A DNA stretch of 64,000 nt. Source: a virus. Each line of letters opens with the position of its first letter. The first letter of the stretch is position 1. The stretch spans positions 32,001 through 96,000 of IMG/VR virus record IMGVR_UViG_3300029787_000001. One strand, 5' to 3'. Below are positions 10,153 to 19,800 of the stretch, piece by piece. The position numbers and the translations under genes were made by a program. The notes under the pieces were generated by a model that ran no database searches, was not told the origin of the DNA, and worked only from the letters and a program-made list of their open reading frames with translations.

Positions 10153-10836
10153 ATGGACTTGACCGATGAACAGATCGTCACGCGCTTGGGTGCTGTCAAG
10201 AGCCTGCCGACTTGCACTCAGTGGGCTACTGGTTTCGCTGAATCGATCATCGAACAGAGCAGCAAGGGTCGGATGCTCTCCGACCGACAGAAGGTGATCT
10301 GCTATAAGATCCTGAAGGAAAACAACGAAGAAGCACAGCAGTCGCTTGCTAACTGGGAGACCGAGTACAAGACAAAGCACGAGAAACAAGCTAAGCAGAT
10401 TGCAAACTATTACAGCGCCCAGGCTGCTGGCTACTTTGGTGATGTGGTCAAGGTTGTCTTGGCTGACGAAGTTCCCCCACGCGCCAAGTACCTTAAAATG
10501 CGTAACAACAAGTACGCAAAGAAGGTTCTTTCTGAGCTTGAGCGCAAGCCGCGCTTTAGCACAGATGATCACATCGTCCCAAATAGCAAGTTTCTTGCTG
10601 GCTATTCCCATAGCATGTCTATGATGGAGACTCGTGAAGGAAGGGCTCCAGCCAGCGCAGTTCGAGCGGACTTCAAGAGGCGCGGGGGAATCATTCTTTT
10701 TGTGGACGACAAGATTAAGTCTGCTGCCAAAGGTTCTAAGCGTTACCTTGTGTTGCCTTTTGGTTCTGCTGAGACTTACTGGTGTGAGGAGAGGTACCTC
10801 AAAATCAAGCCAAAGGCAAAGAAGGTGAAAAAGTGA
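10153..10836 (+). CDS. Hypothetical early protein
   Basis: Own promoter at 10105 and RBS. Confidence 0.7.
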   Translation: MDLTDEQIVTRLGAVKSLPTCTQWATGFAESIIEQSSKGRMLSDRQKVICYKILKENNEEAQQSLANWETEYKTKHEKQAKQIANYYSAQAAGYFGDVVKVVLADEVPPRAKYLKMRNNKYAKKVLSELERKPRFSTDDHIVPNSKFLAGYSHSMSMMETREGRAPASAVRADFKRRGGIILFVDDKIKSAAKGSKRYLVLPFGSAETYWCEERYLKIKPKAKKVKK

Positions 10837-11256
10837 GAGTTTTGCCTGTTCCGCCTGTCGTGTTTGTTCCAAAAAAGACGGATAAGGTCCAAAATGACCC
10901 TGAACGTCGCAAGATCAAGAAGAAAAAGGCTTGACGGCTGACGATCGGTAGGTTATGTTATTGGAAAGGGAGCGAGCCGCGTTCCTTGCGAGAACACAAA
11001 AACAAAAAGAGGTGAATCTTGTGCTGGACCGCTATTGTTGTTAATGAAGAAGGAGGCTTCAGCCATTCTTTCTCTTTTATTGGCTCTCACGACAAGAGAG
11101 TAGCTTTTGAAGACGCACAGAGTCAGACCCCTTTATTGGTGGTCGCGATCGTCGCTGGCGATCATCCCGTCTACAACCCTGTTCTCGACTCGTGACATTT
11201 GGTGACTTGATCTTCTGACGCAACCGGTTACATTATAGAAGAACCAAGGAGAGCAC

Positions 11257-12096
11257 ATGCGGTGCGGATATTGTTATCAGGAGGGACACAACAAGCGGAC
11301 GTGTCCCGCCCTTACCAAACGACTGAAGGAGCGCCACGATCACGACATCGAGGCGGGTCATACAAATACTTGGGCGATTCAACGATACAAAGATCGGATC
11401 GCCCCCAAGGGCAAGAAGGTCAGCAGCCAGCAGTGTGGCTATTGTGGAGAATATGGCCATACTCGACGCAAGTGCGAAATGCTCCGAAAGGACAAGGAGT
11501 GGTTTGTTGTTCATCACAATGCTCACCTGCGCGTAGCACATGATTACATTGTGCAAAGCCCCGTTGGTATTGGGTCACTTTTCGGGTGGAAGAAGCAAGA
11601 ATACAACTACAATACTGGCGAGTATGATACCAGCCACGAAATGTTGGTGCTTACTGGCTTCTCGGTGGCTCCAGTTATCAAGCAGGATGGTTTCAAGATT
11701 CTTGCTACTTTGCAGCACCCGAACAAAGGTTGGAAGCAGACGATCGATGTCCGTCAATATGTCCGCAACCCCGAATACGCGACAAGTTGGCGTTCTGAAC
11801 CGACCCTCCTGTCTCCTTCTCGTGGCGTTGTTCCCTCAGACTGGATTGGGGGCCAAAGTATCACACTTGATGCTGCAAGCAAACTTGACTACTTCAAGCG
11901 CATTGGCAGAAAGAACGACGATCGTCGTGACTGGGCTTTCAACAACATTGATCGCACCCGCGAGATCATCAAAAAGTATCCTCCTTCTGCTGATGACCGA
12001 TACGACCATCATGGTCGCGCCAAGGCAGAGTTGGCAGGATACACGCCCGAACACAATCGTGTCAAGTTGTTCGAGGACTTCAAAAGTGGGGAGTAA
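11257..12096 (+). CDS. Double CCHC zinc-knuckle protein, paralog 1
   Basis: CGYCYQEGHNKRTC and CGYCGEYGHTRRKC. Confidence 0.8.
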   Translation: MRCGYCYQEGHNKRTCPALTKRLKERHDHDIEAGHTNTWAIQRYKDRIAPKGKKVSSQQCGYCGEYGHTRRKCEMLRKDKEWFVVHHNAHLRVAHDYIVQSPVGIGSLFGWKKQEYNYNTGEYDTSHEMLVLTGFSVAPVIKQDGFKILATLQHPNKGWKQTIDVRQYVRNPEYATSWRSEPTLLSPSRGVVPSDWIGGQSITLDAASKLDYFKRIGRKNDDRRDWAFNNIDRTREIIKKYPPSADDRYDHHGRAKAELAGYTPEHNRVKLFEDFKSGE

Positions 12097-12187
12097 GATC
12101 CGCACGCTGGCTTTCGCCCCCCTGTATGTAGCAGGGTGGGCGATCGTCGCTGGCGATCATCCCGTCTACAACCCAGACATCTCGTGA
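12086..12187 (+). CDS. 33-aa membrane peptide coupled to paralog 1
   Basis: GTG overlapping the upstream gene end; SKIRTLAFAPLYVAGWAIVAG homologous to the 13069 ORF. Confidence 0.45.
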   Translation: MGSKIRTLAFAPLYVAGWAIVAGDHPVYNPDIS

Positions 12188-12260
12188 CAAAGATCGTAGC
12201 CGATCAGCCTTGACAGATTGAATGTGAGCGGTTACATTATCTGAGTAATGAGGAGGAAGC

Positions 12261-13076
12261 ATGGCACGCTGTAGTTACTGTTACCAACATGGGCACAACA
12301 AGCGCACCTGTCCGAAGTTGACCGCCAAGCTGAAGGAGCGTGCGGACGCAGCAATCGCTGCTGGCGACCCTGACGCATGGGTGGTCGAGAAGTACAAAGA
12401 GCGTATCGCGCCAAAGAAGAAGAAGGGGCAGAAGCTCAGCAACATGGTTTGTGGCTATTGCTTTGACGTAGGGCACACTCGCCGCAAGTGTGATGCCATG
12501 GAGAGAGATAAGGTCATTTACGAAAAGCACCATAACATGGTCTTGCGGGTCGTCCGCGATTACATCTCTTCGTGTCCGATTGGCATCGGATCTCTCTTCA
12601 GCCAGAGTCGCGATGTTTGGACAGACACGGGATATGAGAGAAAAGAACGAAAGCTGGTAGTGGTGGGCTTTGACATTAGCAGTGATCTAATGATTTTCAA
12701 CCCGCGCCCTTGGCTGGAAATGATTGACTTTGTCACAGGTGAGAAAGTTCCCAAGAGCCTGCGAGCCTTTACTTCTGGACGTGGCGACACTTCCTACTAC
12801 AACCCAGTAAGATTGATTTCCGCAGAAGCGAGTCCGATCCCTGATGATTGGGTTGAAAAGAAGATGGTAAGAATCGAAATGCTTGCAAAGCACAGGTACT
12901 TTAAACGCTCTGGAAACAAGTCAGATGATTGCCGTGAGTGGGCTTTTAACACCATAGAGCGGTACGAGAAGTGTACTCCCGATAGCCCCACCTATGCTGA
13001 AGCCCAGCGCAACCTCGCGGCGTGGTCTGAGAAGTCTATCCGTGAAAACATTATCAAGATTCATGCCCATGCGTAG
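12261..13076 (+). CDS. Double CCHC zinc-knuckle protein, paralog 2
   Basis: CSYCYQHGHNKRTC and CGYCFDVGHTRRKC; similarity to paralog 1 extends to YFKR.G.K.DD.R.WAFN.I. Confidence 0.8.
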   Translation: MARCSYCYQHGHNKRTCPKLTAKLKERADAAIAAGDPDAWVVEKYKERIAPKKKKGQKLSNMVCGYCFDVGHTRRKCDAMERDKVIYEKHHNMVLRVVRDYISSCPIGIGSLFSQSRDVWTDTGYERKERKLVVVGFDISSDLMIFNPRPWLEMIDFVTGEKVPKSLRAFTSGRGDTSYYNPVRLISAEASPIPDDWVEKKMVRIEMLAKHRYFKRSGNKSDDCREWAFNTIERYEKCTPDSPTYAEAQRNLAAWSEKSIRENIIKIHAHA

Positions 13077-13278
13077 CAAGATCCGCTCTGCCTTGATCGC
13101 CCCCCTGTTTATCGCAGGGTGGGCACTCGTCGCGGGTGTCGTCGTGGTCTGCTCTTTCGCCAAGTGCGACAAGTCGAGACAAAAAAAGAGTGGCAAAGAT
13201 CCGCCAGACGGTTACATTACAAGAGCAACAGGGAGAGAGCATGGGAGCGAAGTTTACACTTGTCCTCGACACGGATGA
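13069..13278 (+). CDS. Small membrane protein coupled to paralog 2
   Basis: MRSKIRSALIAPLFIAGWALVAGVVVVC. Confidence 0.45.
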   Translation: MRSKIRSALIAPLFIAGWALVAGVVVVCSFAKCDKSRQKKSGKDPPDGYITRATGREHGSEVYTCPRHG

Positions 13279-13504
13279 CCCACAGGGTCTTCGCGATGCG
13301 CTGGACATCGCCTTACTGCTCAACAAGAACCACGGCACCGGCTACGAGTCGAGGATGCCGAAGGCAAAGATTGGAAAGATCGCCCTGATCAAGCTGGTTC
13401 GCACCGTCGCGAAGCGGGTTGAAGAGGGAAAGCAGAACGCCTCCCTCCACTCTTCCAAGAACTTTGTGGATGAAAGGTGGGATCATTTGGTTCACAACTC
13501 TTAG
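13241..13504 (+). CDS. Protein with a ribosomal L7/L12 C-terminal-like motif
   Basis: GKIALIKLVR...SLHSSKNFVD versus the L12 pattern KIxVIKxVR...GLKEAKDLVE. Confidence 0.4.
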   Translation: MGAKFTLVLDTDDPQGLRDALDIALLLNKNHGTGYESRMPKAKIGKIALIKLVRTVAKRVEEGKQNASLHSSKNFVDERWDHLVHNS

Positions 13505-13512
13505 GAGAAAGA

Positions 13513-13722
13513 ATGGCTCGCATCACTATTGGATCACTTGTCCGTCACCGAGTTTTCGGAGAACTTGGAATCGTCATCGAGCACACGATGTACGATGGCG
13601 ACTGGGGCGGTTTCCGCGTCAAGTTCAACAGACCCGTGAACCGTGGCGCTACCAAGAATCTGAAGATGCTCTTCGATCGTGCCGATCGTTGGGAACTCGT
13701 CTCAGGTTCCGACAACCAGTAA
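13513..13722 (+). CDS. SH3/KOW-like small protein
   Basis: IGSLVRHRVFGELGIV. Confidence 0.6.
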   Translation: MARITIGSLVRHRVFGELGIVIEHTMYDGDWGGFRVKFNRPVNRGATKNLKMLFDRADRWELVSGSDNQ

Positions 13723-13922
13723 CAAAGATCGTAGCAGAAAGTGCTTGACAGATCGAGCCCGTCAGGTTACATTACAAGGGTGAGGGAGACGATAGTCGTT
13801 TCCTCCGAGAACTGAAAAAGATAAATAAAAAAACTGCTTGACAAACATCGGCAGAGTAGTTACATTATAGGGGTGAGAGGGATAGACCTTCTCACCAAAT
13901 AACAAGAGAAAGAGAGTTCAGC

Positions 13923-15005
13923 ATGGCGTTCGACTTCGCAACCTTCCTGACCACCGTTCCCTGCATCCTCGATGCCAAGCTCCCCGTGCTGGTCCGTGGT
14001 CGCCACGGCGTCGGCAAGTCCGAGGTGGTGTACAGCATCGCCAAGGAGCGCGGGCTGCCTGTTGTGGAGCGCCGCGCAAGCCAGATGACCGAGGGCGACC
14101 TCCTTGGTCTGCCTGACACTGCCGACCTCTCCGATGGTCGCAAGGCTACGACGTGGAACGCCCCAGACTGGCTGGTGACGGCTTGCACTGAGCCTGTGGT
14201 CCTCTTTCTCGACGAGGTTGACCGCGCTACGATGGAGGTCCGTCAGGGTCTCTTCGAGCTTACTGACAGTCGCAAGATCAACGGGTGGCACCTGCACCCT
14301 GAGACCCTGATCGTCGCTGCCGTCAATGGTGGTGAGCACGGGTCGCAGTACCAAGTCGGTGAGATGGACCCGGCTGAGTTGGATCGCTGGACTGTGTTTG
14401 ACGTGGAGCCCTCCGTCGAGGATTGGCTCTCATGGTCCTCCGGCAAGGTCGATGGTGTCCTGTGGGACTTCATTAACGGCAACCGCCAGCACCTTGAGCA
14501 CACCGACGACTACGAGCCCAACAAGGTTTACCCGTCTCGTCGTTCTTGGGTTAGGTTTGCTCGCACTGTCGAGCCTCTCGCCCTGTTCGCTGAAGAAGCC
14601 GACCGAGACCTGCTTCTCAACCTTGCCACTGGCTTCGTTGGCTTTGAGGCTGCCGTGTCTCTTCGTGATTTCGTGCAGAAGTACGAATATCAGGTCAGCA
14701 TCGCAGACCTCCTCGATGATGGCTCTTTCGACAAGATCGAGAAGTGGGGCATCAACGACCACGCTGCTATGGTTGAGAAGATGGAGCACGCCTCCACTTT
14801 CAGCGAGACCCTGAGTGACTCGCAGGTTACCAACCTTGCAACGTGGTTTGTCTCCATGCCTTCCGAGATCTGCATGAAGCTCTGGTCAGCGATCGGCGAT
14901 TGTGAGGACGAGAACGGCACTAACGCCATTCGTCTCCACAAGGCTACCGCCGCAGACGGCACCCGTGTGAGTGAGCACATGGTCACAATCCTTCGCGGGT
15001 CGTGA
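13923..15005 (+). CDS. MoxR-like AAA+ ATPase
   Basis: GRHGVGKS Walker A, VLFLDEVDR Walker B, MDPAELDRW Arg finger, PSRRSW sensor II. Confidence 0.88.
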   Translation: MAFDFATFLTTVPCILDAKLPVLVRGRHGVGKSEVVYSIAKERGLPVVERRASQMTEGDLLGLPDTADLSDGRKATTWNAPDWLVTACTEPVVLFLDEVDRATMEVRQGLFELTDSRKINGWHLHPETLIVAAVNGGEHGSQYQVGEMDPAELDRWTVFDVEPSVEDWLSWSSGKVDGVLWDFINGNRQHLEHTDDYEPNKVYPSRRSWVRFARTVEPLALFAEEADRDLLLNLATGFVGFEAAVSLRDFVQKYEYQVSIADLLDDGSFDKIEKWGINDHAAMVEKMEHASTFSETLSDSQVTNLATWFVSMPSEICMKLWSAIGDCEDENGTNAIRLHKATAADGTRVSEHMVTILRGS

Positions 15006-15008
15006 TTC

Positions 15009-15444
15009 ATGGAGCCTGCCCTCCGGGTCGGTGATCTGGTCACCCCTGCCAGTGCTACAAGTCCTGCCTTCAAGCAGAAGCACGGGTTCGGGGTGATCAT
15101 CGAGATCGATCGCAAGGATTCCTGGGATGTTATCGTCTACGTTGTAAAGTTCACCAAGTCGCAGCGCATCTATAGGTTTAGTTTCGATGGTGTGAGGCGT
15201 TATGAATAGGACCGACAACATTAAAGAAGGTGACCTTGTTGTCCGCAGAGGAGACAAAAAGCCCTACATTGTGTTGGAGGTCAAGAGATATCAAAGAAAA
15301 GTCTACGGAGCAGGACCATCGGGAAATCGCAGAAAGAAGTTCTTACTACTTTCTCCTGACGGGCGGCAAAGTTGGAAGATTGACACAGCGATGAAAGTTG
15401 AGTTTTATCTGCCCGGTAGCCCCTACTTCGATGACATCCGTTGA
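15009..15444 (+). other. Two KOW-like ORFs (15009-15209, 15202-15444)
   Basis: LRVGDLVT and IKEGDLVVR. Confidence 0.65.
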
Positions 15445-15514
15445 CAAAGATCGTAGCCGTCCAGCCTTGACAAACAGGGCTGGGCGTGTTACATTATAGA
15501 AGTAAGGAGGCACC

Positions 15515-16747
15515 ATGCCTGACAACAAGAAGCCATTTGACCTAAACCTGCACACAGCGCGGCTTCTCATGAGGGAACCATTTTTTGCTGCACTCTCACG
15601 GCGCATCGACAAGATCCGCACTGACAGTGTGCCGACTGCCGGTGTGCGGGTCAACCCTGACACCGCTCAGTTTGAGCTTTTCTACAACCCAGACTTCATG
15701 AGTTCTTTGTCTGACGACCACAAGATGGGCGTGCTCATGCACGAGTTCTATCATCTTGTTTTCGAGCATGTGACGACTCGCAAGCCAGAAGGCGGCATTC
15801 GCCAGATCGATAACATTGCCATGGATCTCTCGATCAACGGCATCTCCGAGATGCGTGGAAAGTTGCCCTGTGAGGCTTCTCCCGGTCCCGTCGTCACTCC
15901 CGGCGGTGAGCCGATGAAGGCGTGTCTGCCCGGCGAGGGCAAGTTTGCTGACCTGCCCGCCAATCAGACCTATGAGTGGTACCTCGCTGCTCTTGAGAAG
16001 ATGCAGGAAGAGGCAGAGAAGAACGGCGAGGGCAATCCTTTCGGTGACGCTGACTCGTTCGATGACCACGACGGCTTCGGCGAGGGCGGTGGCAATCAGG
16101 CAGCCAACGAGATCGCGAAGGAGCGCATGAAGGATGCGATCCGCAAGGCAGCAGAAGAAGCCGACAAGGCGGGCTCCTGGGGCTCCGTGTCCTCCTCGAT
16201 GCGGAAGTCTATCAAGGAGCGTCTCGCCACGAAGGTAGATTGGAAGAAGATGCTTCGCTACTTTGTACGCACAAGTCAGCGCGCCGACAAGCGGTCTACT
16301 CCGCGTCGTCTCAACAAGCGGTTCCCAAAGATTCACCCCGGCAAGCGGGTGCGTCGTCAGGCAAAGATCGCCATCTCCATCGACCAGTCCGGTTCTGTGG
16401 ATGATGGGATGCTCGCTGCGTTCTACTCTGAGTTGGACAACCTCGCACAGTTTGCCGAGTTTACTGTCATCCCGTTTGACACGGAAGTTGCGACCGACAA
16501 GGTTTATGTGTGGAAGAAGGGCGAGCGCCGGAAGGCTGAGCGTGTCCTGCATGGCGGAACCTGCTTCGATGCCCCCACACGGTTCGTCAATGATGGCAAG
16601 TTCGACGGACACATCGTGCTCACCGACATGATGGCTCCCAAGCCAATCGCCAGCAAGTGTCAGAGGATGTGGATGACGACCAGCGAGTACGCCCACAACC
16701 CCTACTTTTCCACAAGAGAGGTCGTGGTGGCGATTGACCGCAAGTGA
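15515..16747 (+). CDS. Metallopeptidase-like (HExxH) N-domain plus vWA-like C-domain (DUF2201-type)
   Basis: GVLMHEFYH, IAMDLSIN; ISIDQSGSV, GGTCF, IVLTDM. Confidence 0.85.
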   Translation: MPDNKKPFDLNLHTARLLMREPFFAALSRRIDKIRTDSVPTAGVRVNPDTAQFELFYNPDFMSSLSDDHKMGVLMHEFYHLVFEHVTTRKPEGGIRQIDNIAMDLSINGISEMRGKLPCEASPGPVVTPGGEPMKACLPGEGKFADLPANQTYEWYLAALEKMQEEAEKNGEGNPFGDADSFDDHDGFGEGGGNQAANEIAKERMKDAIRKAAEEADKAGSWGSVSSSMRKSIKERLATKVDWKKMLRYFVRTSQRADKRSTPRRLNKRFPKIHPGKRVRRQAKIAISIDQSGSVDDGMLAAFYSELDNLAQFAEFTVIPFDTEVATDKVYVWKKGERRKAERVLHGGTCFDAPTRFVNDGKFDGHIVLTDMMAPKPIASKCQRMWMTTSEYAHNPYFSTREVVVAIDRK

Positions 16748-16832
16748 GACATCTGAAGACAAAGATCGTAGCGATTGACACTTGACAGACTCACCCCAGC
16801 AGGTTACATTACAAGAGTAACAGGGAGAGATA

Positions 16833-19800
16833 ATGTTTCTCAACATCCACCACCGCCACCTCCGTCCCCCGCCAGAGCCGGTGGTGTTCTTCTGCCGCCA
16901 CTGCGGGCACGGCTCCAAGAGGGACGGCGAGCGCATTCGCAAGGGCTCGTGGGCTGCTCACTGGGGCGGCGAGGGTTGCCCTGATTGCGGTACCTCCACT
17001 CCCCCCAAGAAGTGGTAAGCAAGTGACTGACGATGAAAGGATTGTAAATGCGTTTGTCAATCACTGGGGACTCACTTTAGAGGAAGCCCGCAAGGAGTTG
17101 ACAAAGGCAAAGGCGGACGCCAAGAAGAAGGCATGCCGACGAGAGGCTGAAAAGCAGTCACTCTGGAACAACGACAAGGATTGGGACTACTACCCAACCT
17201 TCCCAGAAAAGAAGGAACAATGAAGCATCCTTTCAAAGTTGGTGATCTTTTGCGAAGCAGGATGAACCGAGAAAACCTCGCCATCGTTTTGCAAGTTTAC
17301 ACAATGGACGGGCGCCCTTATTTGGATGTGAAATATCTCCGTGGCGATGTAGTCCCTTGTGTGCCTCTCCAGCGTTTTACCCTTATTTCGAGAGCAGAAC
17401 AATGAAGCCCATTCTCAAGACAATCGCCAAGGACATCATCGTCCTGTCCGCCCAGGCTCTCGCCTTTCGACTGGCAGCGCCCCAGGATCAGCAGCAGGAC
17501 ATCGTTTTCGCTGCTGTCCCAACGAAGGGCTCCACCGCGCTCAAGGCACTTCCCGCCGATGATGAGCCACAGGCACGCAAGGTCGGCTTCTGAGACATTC
17601 CAAGACAAAGATCGTAGCAGAAACACCTTGACAGATTGGCTCTAACAGATTACATTACAAGAGTAACAGAGACGGAGAAAGAACATGGAAGACCTGACCC
17701 CCCTGGACATCGCGCTTGAGACCACTGACCGAGTGATCGCAGCCATCACGACGCAGGCGACAGCAGCCCTGATTCCAGAGAACTCCGAGACGTTCCTGAT
17801 CGCCTACTGTGCCATGCTCGCTCCGGCAGAAGCATGAGCCAGGATCTCCGATTCCAGTGCGACGTGATTATGCTCTGCGCTGCTGGGATCTTGATCTGTG
17901 TCCTGCTCGCCTCAATCTTCCAAGAGTTCGGATGGACACTGTAGGCTGCCCCAGCCCGGACTATTTACTTTCGAGGTCCACCATGGCAAAGCGCAAGAAC
18001 AAGACCCCCAAGGGTCGCAACGTGATCGCCGTCGCTGCGATCACCCGTTCAGGCTGCAAGAAGCTCTGAGACGCTCAAAAAAAAGATAACAGAAAGACCT
18101 TGACAGATAAGACATAGCAGGTTACTTTGTAGAAGTAACAAGGAGAGCGAATGTTCACTATCGGCAATCACATCCAGTTCACCTCCACCGGCTGTCGCGG
18201 TCTGGTGGTCAAGATCACCAAGCACGAGGGCGGCTGCGATGGTCGCGGCACTGAGTTCGTTCACGTCCTCTGCGGACCTGACGCTGACGGCGAGCACGGA
18301 GGTGAGACCATCGGCTTCCCGCGCCTGCATCTCGAAATGGTCGCAGAGGTCCTGTAGACCAGAGATTTCAGAAACAATCAAAAAAGCCCTTGACAGAAAC
18401 CCCCTGCCGCATTACATTACAAGAGTAACAAGGAGAGTGAGAGATGACCACCAGACAGAAGATGGCTGCTGCCGTAGTTGTTGACTATGCCTGCTGGTTC
18501 TCGCTTGGCTTTGTTGTTGGCTACTTCGTACTCTGAACACAAAGAGGATAATATGACTCGCAATGATTCCGTCGTCTCCGCTTTCGCCTCCGGTCGCCCT
18601 GCTCGTGCAGGAGCACTCCGCACCGATGGTCGCTCCCTCTACTCCTACGATCTGAAGATCGCCGAGAAGACCCTCGCCGGTGTGGTCGTCAGTGACTACA
18701 CCTCTGGTGGTGGACTGTTCGTCTCGCAGACCACGAGCCGCCACGTCGGGCTCGCAAGGCGCGTCGCAGACACAGTGATGCTCCCAGAGCAGTTCAAGGC
18801 ACTCTTCGTCAAGATGCCCTTCTGATGGGCGTTCTCGTCTCACTCTGCGAACACCGCGCCAAGCTCCGGCAGGAGGAGCAGGCGAAAACGCAGGAAGAAC
18901 TTGATCAGTTGAAGATTCTGGTGCGTGCCTGGGCGAATGCCATGGGAGATCCAGAGGTCAAGCCCTACTTCCTTCCCCTTGACGATCACCTGACAGAAAG
19001 TCCTTGACAGATTAGGCTCCTCAGGTTACATTACATGCATAAGAAGGAGAGATGATGCTTCGCACTTCGCTGCCGCCCGGCACACTTGTCGAGATTCCTA
19101 CCGCGCATGGTCGTGGGTGGTTCCGCGCCCTCGTTCTCTCTGACTGGTTTCCGCGCGGTGGGGCTCACTGGTTCACGATCAGCGCCCTTGAAGCCGTCCC
19201 CGCCGCCTTTATTGAAAAGGGCGCGGTGCTCGACATCATGGACGACCCGCTCGATTTTCGTGTAGTTTCTGCTTGACAGAACACGATCACCGGACTACAC
19301 TACACGCACAAGAGGGAGAGAGAATGAAGAAGAAGAAGCTGACCCCAAGCCTCCACGGCGACATTGGAATCGACACCCGCTCCAACCGCCAGCCCCGCAA
19401 CGTGATCGGCTACGCAGCCGAGCCCGCTGGAATCAGCGGCGGTCGCGTGTGGCGCCTGCACAAGGGGCAGCGCAAGTCCTGGCTGTGTGACACGGTGTTG
19501 CTCTCGACTGCCGAGAACATGGCAGCAGACGGCAATCTCGCCATCACGGAGAAGTAGAAATAAAAGATCGCAGCAGAAAGTGCTTGACAACTCGCCCTGA
19601 GCGAGTTACATTACATGCAAGAAAGGAGAGCACATGAACGACCCCCGTGCGCAGTTCCGCGCACTTCGCCCGCCCACTGTTGGTTCGATGGTTATGCTGC
19701 CGGACCCGGACGAGACTGGCGAGACCCTCCACACTGTCATCCGTCGCGTTCGCGGCTCTGTGTACCGACTGGAGCACGATGACACCGGTGAGGAGGTCAC

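Noticed and set aside
15596-16942. 448-aa minus-strand ORF (also 13860-14354, 37147-37905, 10132-10872 and similar)
   Set aside because: Antisense shadows of well-supported plus-strand genes; no RBS, promoter or motifs
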